Positions 58,026 to 64,000 of a stretch of DNA of 64,000 nt are shown in pieces (within the stretch, counting starts at the first letter, position 1; every line of letters begins with the position of its first letter). The stretch lies in the IMG/VR virus record IMGVR_UViG_3300025404_000001. One strand, 5' to 3'. The position numbers and the translations under genes are program-made. The notes under the pieces are model-generated. The model did not search any database and had not been told where the DNA came from. It was given only the letters and a program-made list of their open reading frames with translations. Source of the stretch: an uncultured virus (IMG/VR IMGVR_UViG_3300025404_000001). Lineage: Duplodnaviria; Heunggongvirae; Uroviricota; Caudoviricetes.

Positions 58026-58337
58026 TTACTCACCCCGAGAAAAGTAGAATTCCATCATGCAATTGAAAGCCGCTGCAGCCAGATGTGCCTGCAAAGTCCC
58101 TAGCTTGTCGTGTGGAACCCTAAGCAAGTAGTTCGTCAGATGGCCTCGGGCGTGGTAGATGTTTGAGTCTGTCTGGTGACGCGGAATCCTTCGTATTCCG
58201 TCGTTCGCTTCAAATGCATCGGCGCCGAACTTCTCGTGGCCCAGGCGGCCGATGTCGTTCATGAGGGTGAGAAAATCGTTGTCGAGAAATTCGTATTGTT
58301 TTCCACTACCTGTGGATTTGATGTTGATTTCGTCCAT
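58026..58337 (-). CDS. dATP/dGTP diphosphohydrolase-like (DUF5664) protein
   Basis: GHEKFG...ARGHL..Y...HLAAAAFNCMM. Confidence 0.6.
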   Translation of the reverse strand: MDEINIKSTGSGKQYEFLDNDFLTLMNDIGRLGHEKFGADAFEANDGIRRIPRHQTDSNIYHARGHLTNYLLRVPHDKLGTLQAHLAAAAFNCMMEFYFSRGE

Positions 58338-58346
58338 CAATTCTCC

Positions 58347-58598
58347 TTACCGATTCGCCAGCCTAACAAGCACATCGCCGTGGCAAGACTTTGGGCTGCA
58401 CCAGCAGCCGAGAACTTTTCCCCGCAATTCCGGCAAAGCGTTCATAAGCTGCGGTTGTGTTTCGATCCACGTTTCATACTTGGCGATTACATCCTCGCGC
58501 GTGCCGTCTTTCCCGATGACGAACGGATTACCCCATTTGGACGGCCGTCCGATGTACACGTCGAAAGTTTCCCTTTTACAATGCACTACCCGTTCCAT
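58347..58598 (-). CDS. DUF4326 protein
   Basis: VYIGRPSKWGNPF...LRGKVLGCWC.P..CHGDVL. Confidence 0.9.
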   Translation of the reverse strand: MERVVHCKRETFDVYIGRPSKWGNPFVIGKDGTREDVIAKYETWIETQPQLMNALPELRGKVLGCWCSPKSCHGDVLVRLANR

Positions 58599-58750
58599 TG
58601 CTTCCTCTTCGGATCCGGTTTGATCCGCTCACCGCACTTACTGCAATATGCTTCGCGCTCCTCGAAGTCAAACAGAATACGCTCTCCTGGGTCAATGTCA
58701 CGAGTGCAACTTACGCATTCACCTTTGAATTTGGCGTTCATCCAGTTCAT
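58586..58750 (-). CDS. 54-aa zinc-finger protein
   Basis: AKFKGECVSC...YCSKC; absent from ORF track. Confidence 0.65.
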   Translation of the reverse strand: MNWMNAKFKGECVSCTRDIDPGERILFDFEEREAYCSKCGERIKPDPKRKQWNG

Positions 58751-58863
58751 CGGTTTTTTCCCTTCGTTGCCATTATGAATCTGTGCATGGCCACCGCTTC
58801 CTTCTTTCGGATAGCCACTTTAGCTCGCTTTGACTTGCGATTTGCTTTATACATTCGAGCCTC

Positions 58864-60912
58864 CTACTTGCGATATCTCTTTGCGTGGAATCCTTCTGCG
58901 GCCAACGGCAACCCTTTCGCCCATGCAGGCGTTTCCGACATGATCGCTGTCATCCGCTCCAACACATACTGGGCGCGAAACTTTTGTACCTCGGCCACAA
59001 TTTCGTCGTGAACGTGAAAAATTACAGAAAGATCCTCAGCTTCAGTCCTCACCATTGCCTCGGCCAGCAGATCCCGCGAGATCGCCTGAGTCATGTTCTC
59101 AGCGAGCGACCCCCCGTATGTAGAAACTCTCTGCCACCGTCCTTTGGAGTTCGGATCGGGCAGGATCTTCGCCTTTTTCTTTTGAGTCTGGTCAACCACG
59201 GTCATGAAGGTGAGTTGCTCTTTTTCCTCACCCCAAGGGGTTGTGACCATTCTCAACTCAGGATAGGGATAGCACAGAACGCGGCCGGAGGGAAGCAGAG
59301 CCCACAGGAAGGAACCAGCCTTGCGGAACTTCACTTCCCGACCGCGCGCGCCGGCACTCGTGACGTTTCCGTTGCGCATGGCGCCAAGGACGGCCTCTTC
59401 AAGGTCGTACCAGTAACCGACGATCTTTTGATTCGCAGCGCGCCATGCTTTTTTAATCTCGTCAGCTTGCTCATCCGGGACATGAACGCTATAGGTTCGG
59501 GCCATCGCCTGAAAAGCGCCTAAGCCTCCTTGATATGCCATACTGAGCCGCACAACCTTGCCTATTTGACGTTGAGCCTTGGTAACCTCTTCCATCGGTA
59601 CATGGAAGACACTCGCGGCATCATGCTCGTATATCTTCCCGTGTGTTCTGAAGACTTCCAGAACTGACTCTTGCCCGGCCAACCAGGCGACAGCGCGCGC
59701 CTCGATGGCAGAGAAGTCACAGGCGACCAACTCATTTCCTTCGCCCGCAATCAGCATCCCGCGGATACAGTCAGAGATCGCCGCCATGCTCGGGCCATAG
59801 AACAGATCGAACATATCTTTGTCGCCGAGCATCGAGAACATGGACTCTATATCTTCCTGCGTGATCCTGGCACGAGTCCTAAAAAGATTGTGTGGCTGTA
59901 TCCCCCGACCGGCCCACCGGCCTGTCGATGCGGTATGGAACTGGTGCATGTTGCGGATACGGCCGTCGGCCGAAGCCTTCTCTCTCATGGCGATCAGTTT
60001 AGCCGTGGAGGACTTAGCCGCCTCCTGGCGGAGTTCGAGAGCGCGACGGACCGCTAGAGGAAGGCCGATAGGCGCAATATCGCCTTCGTCTGAAAGACCG
60101 TCTTCGTCTTCAACCCCAGCCAGCGCATTCAACACATCCGCCTTGGCCAGGCCGTCCATCTGAACACCTTGCGCAGCGATCCACTTGCCAAGCATTTGGA
60201 CTTCGTTGCAGGAGCCAACAACTCCGCCCGTGACCTGATACATCTCGGCGTTCAAACGCTTCTGCTCCGATTGGATGATTGCAATCGCTTTGTCAACTGA
60301 AGCGAGATCGCACATGACGCCGCGGTTGTTGATCTTGTGATCCAACTCCCAAAGATCAAGTTCCGAAGGACTGAGTTCCATCAACCGATCGAGACAACCC
60401 AGCTCCGTGCGAACATCTTGCTTGTTGTAGGCGTAGAGAATCAGAAACTTGTCGAAGTCATCTTCGCGGCGCCACATTGAGCCGTCTTTTTTCGGCTTCG
60501 ACAGTTGCAGCATGATCCTGTGACCAACGGCATCCTTGCGCTGGTCCACACCAAGCGCTGGCGCGGCGTCCTCCAAAGCGCCGGGCAGCGCCATGGCATA
60601 GGCCCGGACCATTGAACAGCGGACCTGAGTGATCGGTAGAGAAGGCCAGCCGTATTTGGGAACACAACAGAGATTCCAGATCGACCACTCAAACGCGGCA
60701 TTCCATGCCGTGATGATACCGCCGGCGGCGATGTGAGCCCTTAGATCTTCAGGGAAAGGCTCACCCTCCACCCAGGTTTTAATGTGCTCTGGATCAGGGC
60801 CATACGAGAAACAATGCGCTCCGGTGGAAGGATGGGTAGCATAGTTATGCAAGCCTGATTTCTTCAGGTCTACTTCGGAATAGGTTTCAAAATCACCACC
60901 GAGGCTTTGCAT
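58864..60912 (-). CDS. phage DNA polymerase, family A, with 3'-5' exonuclease
   Basis: DFETYS, WNAAFE, TGRW, DFSAIEAR, RQIGK...YQGG, HVHDE. Confidence 0.95.
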   Translation of the reverse strand: MQSLGGDFETYSEVDLKKSGLHNYATHPSTGAHCFSYGPDPEHIKTWVEGEPFPEDLRAHIAAGGIITAWNAAFEWSIWNLCCVPKYGWPSLPITQVRCSMVRAYAMALPGALEDAAPALGVDQRKDAVGHRIMLQLSKPKKDGSMWRREDDFDKFLILYAYNKQDVRTELGCLDRLMELSPSELDLWELDHKINNRGVMCDLASVDKAIAIIQSEQKRLNAEMYQVTGGVVGSCNEVQMLGKWIAAQGVQMDGLAKADVLNALAGVEDEDGLSDEGDIAPIGLPLAVRRALELRQEAAKSSTAKLIAMREKASADGRIRNMHQFHTASTGRWAGRGIQPHNLFRTRARITQEDIESMFSMLGDKDMFDLFYGPSMAAISDCIRGMLIAGEGNELVACDFSAIEARAVAWLAGQESVLEVFRTHGKIYEHDAASVFHVPMEEVTKAQRQIGKVVRLSMAYQGGLGAFQAMARTYSVHVPDEQADEIKKAWRAANQKIVGYWYDLEEAVLGAMRNGNVTSAGARGREVKFRKAGSFLWALLPSGRVLCYPYPELRMVTTPWGEEKEQLTFMTVVDQTQKKKAKILPDPNSKGRWQRVSTYGGSLAENMTQAISRDLLAEAMVRTEAEDLSVIFHVHDEIVAEVQKFRAQYVLERMTAIMSETPAWAKGLPLAAEGFHAKRYRK

Positions 60913-60986
60913 CGCTCATCCTCTAGTCCTCTTTCTCGCTCAAAAATCAAGGGCCGTGTGACCGGCCCCTAAATAGCTGCGATTCC

Positions 60987-61562
60987 TCAGCCGAAGATCG
61001 AAGTCGCTGTCTTTCCCAGACCTGATGCTTCGGCGGGAACATCAACCGGTTCGAAGACCTTCGATGCTGGAATGCGGCCGCTGCCGAGAGGATCGTCGTC
61101 GCGCAGTTTCTGCACATTCTGAAGCCCGAAGCTGACGCCTTTGTTACCGGCGTTCTCGTAAGCAAAGGCGCGAACCTGGGCACGATACCAGGCGCCCGAG
61201 TACACATCGCTGTCGTCGATGATGTCCTGCAGCTTAGCATCGACGATGCCGGGCCGGCGGTCTTCGTTAGCGGAGAAGCTCATGATAATCCAATCGTCTC
61301 CAATGCCGACAACCGGATTCTCCAGTTCATCGTTGGTGCGGAAGGGGGAACGTAGGGTCTTCGGAATCTTGTCTCCCCACTTCTCTTGAGCGGCGGTTTT
61401 AGCTTGCTTTTTGAGCGCATCCAGCTTGGCCGTCGGCGGAAACGCGGCGCGGATAGAGTACTTCGCTTTGTTGACGGTGCCATCCGCGTTCTTCATGCTT
61501 GTTGCCTTGAAGACGCTGATGAAAGCCGCGCGGAATTCGGGCGTGATAACGTTGTCGACCAT
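60987..61562 (-). CDS. DUF2815 single-stranded DNA-binding protein
   Basis: YSGAWYRA...AY...GNKGVSFGLQNVQKLRD. Confidence 0.9.
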   Translation of the reverse strand: MVDNVITPEFRAAFISVFKATSMKNADGTVNKAKYSIRAAFPPTAKLDALKKQAKTAAQEKWGDKIPKTLRSPFRTNDELENPVVGIGDDWIIMSFSANEDRRPGIVDAKLQDIIDDSDVYSGAWYRAQVRAFAYENAGNKGVSFGLQNVQKLRDDDPLGSGRIPASKVFEPVDVPAEASGLGKTATSIFG

Positions 61563-61653
61563 TTTGAACTACTCTCCTTTGTGAGTTTTTGTTGGCAGTT
61601 GTCAGTGTCGGTTATCGGCTAGAGAGCGCAAATGCTCAGGCCTTACGAGATTG

Positions 61654-62889
61654 TCAATCGAGAATACCGACTCCGGCCGCAATTGCCGGAGTCTCGGCAC
61701 CAGAGAACGCAGCTTTCGCATCGATCCGAATCGGATCGCGCTTATCGCTCACGTGAACCAGAGTGTGACCGCTCGACTCTTTTTTGACAAACGGTTCGAG
61801 CATAGCATCCCGTTCCTTGGCGTTTTTGCCCGGCGCCAGTTTCACAGCATCGGTGATGCCGATCAGTTCTTTCGGCTTGTAGAGCAATTCCTCTTTGCAT
61901 CCGAGATGCTTCGCCAAAGCGTAACCTATGTCCGGAAGTCCCTCTTTCCACTTACGGACGGCCTGCTTCTCGACCAGTTTGTAGTCGGGAATCTCCGTTC
62001 CCTTCTCAGCCTCGCTGTAAGCGAATTCGCGGGTATTCTTGATCCAGCCTTCCAAGATCGGAAGGAAGTCAAGGGTCCTCGCCAAGGACATGGGATCATA
62101 AGGAAGACCGGGGGCAAAGACCTGTTTGGCCAAAGACTGCGCCCTGCTTTTAAGCGCGGGACACTTGGGAGCGGCTAGGCACCAGCGACATCCTTTCTCT
62201 GAGGGCTTGAGAAAATTTCCCTCCCAATCTTTCGACCCTTTAGCCAGCTCCGCCAAGGCGACGCGCTCGACGGCTTCCAAGACATCCGCGTGCAAGTCCA
62301 GGAGTTCAGCCGCATCGAAGTCAACGCTACGCACCAGGCCATCGGGATGGTCATAACGTGGTTGGACGATACCGATGTTGACCACTCGCGCCGGCAGCTT
62401 CATGGTCATCAATGCCGCCAAAGCGTAAATATGGAGTTGGACATTCCGCTCCACATTGACCGGCACACCGGCGCCATATTTGAAATCCCGGATGTAAAGC
62501 GTAGCTGTCTCCGGATGCCAAACAACAAAATCCGCAGTCCCGTAAACATCCTCATTGACCGCGACTTTCTTCTCGATGAAGACTTTGGAATCCCGAATCG
62601 CAAGACCGAGGCATTCGTCGATATAAACCTTGACGTGCTTCTCCATCTCCTGTTCTTCGGCATTAGCGGGGGAGGGTTTCCCCCCATGTTGCGCGAAGTG
62701 CATAATGAGCCATCGCTCGGCGAAGGCATGCGCACGGGTGCCTTCCGCCGCATACTCAGACTCATCCTGCGGCATCCCGGCACTCAGAACGACCGAGCCA
62801 GGGCAGGTCATCCAACGCTCCGCCCCGGAAGGAGGGAGTTTGGAGTGAGCGCTTGGACGGACTAGAGCGAGACCGGCCGCGCTATCCAC
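61654..62889 (-). CDS. DUF2800 PD-(D/E)XK (Cas4-like) nuclease
   Basis: HSKLPPS..RW..CPGS, GTAD, DFKYG, QL..YA, CRWC...KC. Confidence 0.9.
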   Translation of the reverse strand: MDSAAGLALVRPSAHSKLPPSGAERWMTCPGSVVLSAGMPQDESEYAAEGTRAHAFAERWLIMHFAQHGGKPSPANAEEQEMEKHVKVYIDECLGLAIRDSKVFIEKKVAVNEDVYGTADFVVWHPETATLYIRDFKYGAGVPVNVERNVQLHIYALAALMTMKLPARVVNIGIVQPRYDHPDGLVRSVDFDAAELLDLHADVLEAVERVALAELAKGSKDWEGNFLKPSEKGCRWCLAAPKCPALKSRAQSLAKQVFAPGLPYDPMSLARTLDFLPILEGWIKNTREFAYSEAEKGTEIPDYKLVEKQAVRKWKEGLPDIGYALAKHLGCKEELLYKPKELIGITDAVKLAPGKNAKERDAMLEPFVKKESSGHTLVHVSDKRDPIRIDAKAAFSGAETPAIAAGVGILD

Positions 62890-63559
62890 GGAGGGCCTCA
62901 GCGAGAGCGTTCAGTTTGAGAGGTTCCAAAGCAAGCGCCTCGGTGACACGATTGCAACCGAAGGTCTTGAGCTGATTGATCGCCTCTTCCATCGAATGCT
63001 TGGCGATGTAACCGTTGAGCAGGGATCGCAGATCCTCCGCGGAAATCGGCTTGGCGGCAAGAGCGTCAGCAACGGCCTGGACGGCGGGTTGAGCCTGGAC
63101 GGCAGGTTGAGTTTGGACGGCGGGTTGAGCCTGGACGGCGGGTTGAGCCTGGACGGCAGGTTGAGTTTGGACGGCGGGTTGAGCCTGGACGGCAGGTTGA
63201 GCCTGGACGGCAGGTTGAGCGACTGGAGATCCGGAGGCAAGAGCAGCCGCGGCTCGCGCTTGCGCTTCGTCAGCCGCAATCTCCGCCTTGGTACGCCGAG
63301 TGCGCTTAGGAGGGTCGGGGACCGGTCCGGCAGAGGGAACGGCAGGAGCGGTGTTAGGAGAGACTTCAGTGACAGCTGTCACAACGGAAGATCCAACTGA
63401 AGTGACTGCCATCACAGGAATGTCAGATCCCGTGGAAGGTAAGGCTTGTTGTGGATTGAAGCTGACCAGTTGAGAATTTGGAAACAAGGAAGACAAGAGG
63501 GCAACAATTCCCTGAACTTCCGCCAGATTCATATAGTCGGTGTCGAAACTGATGTTCAT
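62882..63559 (-). CDS. replication-module protein with QPAVQ(A/T) repeats
   Basis: PKRTRRTKAEI; helical C-terminal domain. Confidence 0.75.
   Translation of the reverse strand: MNISFDTDYMNLAEVQGIVALLSSLFPNSQLVSFNPQQALPSTGSDIPVMAVTSVGSSVVTAVTEVSPNTAPAVPSAGPVPDPPKRTRRTKAEIAADEAQARAAAALASGSPVAQPAVQAQPAVQAQPAVQTQPAVQAQPAVQAQPAVQTQPAVQAQPAVQAVADALAAKPISAEDLRSLLNGYIAKHSMEEAINQLKTFGCNRVTEALALEPLKLNALAEALRG
63075..63220. repeat. 18-bp tandem repeat, 8 copies
   Basis: GGACGGC(A/G)GGTTGAG(CC/TT)T units. Confidence 0.9.
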
Positions 63560-63639
63560 TTTTACCTTTCGAATTTGTTCGTTGTGAAGATTCCAGTTCA
63601 CTGTAGATCACGTATGTTGCGGCGTCAAGAAGAAAATTT

Positions 63640-64000
63640 TCAGAAGATTTTTGCAAGCTCCTTGACCTTGCGCATAAGTGCCTCGGAGACCCTTTCATCC
63701 GAGGATTTGAACAACGAAAACACCCTGACACGGACGAGGGATTTCTGATTGACTCCCTGCAATCGTTTGATCGCCTGAGCGTTATCCCCAGGAACGAAAG
63801 AGCATTCAAGGAGAGCGCATTCAGTGCACGGAGTAAGATCGATGCCCACACCGGCGGCGATCAAATTTCCAACAAACACGCGCGTGTCTTTTTGGCGCTT
63901 GAAGGCGTCGATATTTTCCTGGCGCTTCTTCGCGGGTGTTTCACCGTTGAGGGTTACCACACCGAACTTTTTCAAGCGCTCGGCCATCCAGGTGACACCT
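63640..64000 (-). CDS. SNF2-like helicase, C-terminal part (runs off window)
   Basis: LNGET..KKRQ..IDAF, AAGVGIDLT, PGDNAQAIKR. Confidence 0.85.
   Translation of the reverse strand, partial: GVTWMAERLKKFGVVTLNGETPAKKRQENIDAFKRQKDTRVFVGNLIAAGVGIDLTPCTECALLECSFVPGDNAQAIKRLQGVNQKSLVRVRVFSLFKSSDERVSEALMRKVKELAKIF

Noticed and set aside
58026..58337. 2-aminoadenine (Z-genome) system suggested by the DUF5664-like gene
   Set aside because: No PurZ-like gene is visible in the window
58747..58854. 35-aa ORF with MHRFIM, resembling an HNH homing endonuclease remnant
   Set aside because: Too short to support an assignment
61654..63220. Cas4-like gene next to a repeat, suggesting CRISPR
   Set aside because: The repeat has no spacers and is coding; DUF2800 is a standard member of this replication module
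1..64000. Stop-codon reassignment suggested by in-frame stops
   Set aside because: The interrupting codons differ (TAA, TAG, TGA), all three end well-conserved genes, and no suppressor tRNA was seen

Overview
This window is most of a tailed dsDNA phage or prophage genome with a podovirus-like layout: there is no tape measure or sheath, but there are adaptor, nozzle and ejection-protein genes. Layout: (1) leftward small early genes, 1-3.6 kb; (2) a non-coding divergent control region, 3.6-4.2 kb; (3) rightward small genes, 4.2-8.4 kb; (4) a 7-kb coupled nucleotide-sugar, methyltransferase and glycosyltransferase locus, 8.5-15.6 kb; (5) accessory genes including an Acb2/Tad1-like anti-defence protein; (6) terminase, portal, scaffold, capsid, tail, ejection and tailspike genes, 19.9-46.8 kb, interleaved with many tiny basic protamine-like ORFs; (7) a lysis cassette split by a 2.6-kb non-autonomous IS1-like element (18-bp TIRs, 8-bp TSD) carrying a three-gene toxin-antitoxin module; (8) leftward early genes and an APSE-like replication module (primase-helicase, family A DNA polymerase, DUF2815 SSB, DUF2800 nuclease, SNF2 helicase), 52-64 kb. 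No integrase, tRNA, CRISPR array or reverse transcriptase was seen. The most unusual signals are the complete glycan pathway, two fibre proteins with Sec-type signal peptides and a shared 4-Cys C-terminal domain, the basic micro-proteins, apparent ATT/ATC starts for terminase and portal, a repeated late-promoter box, and a C-to-G skew that resets at each gene. All family assignments come from reading motifs by eye; no database search was run.
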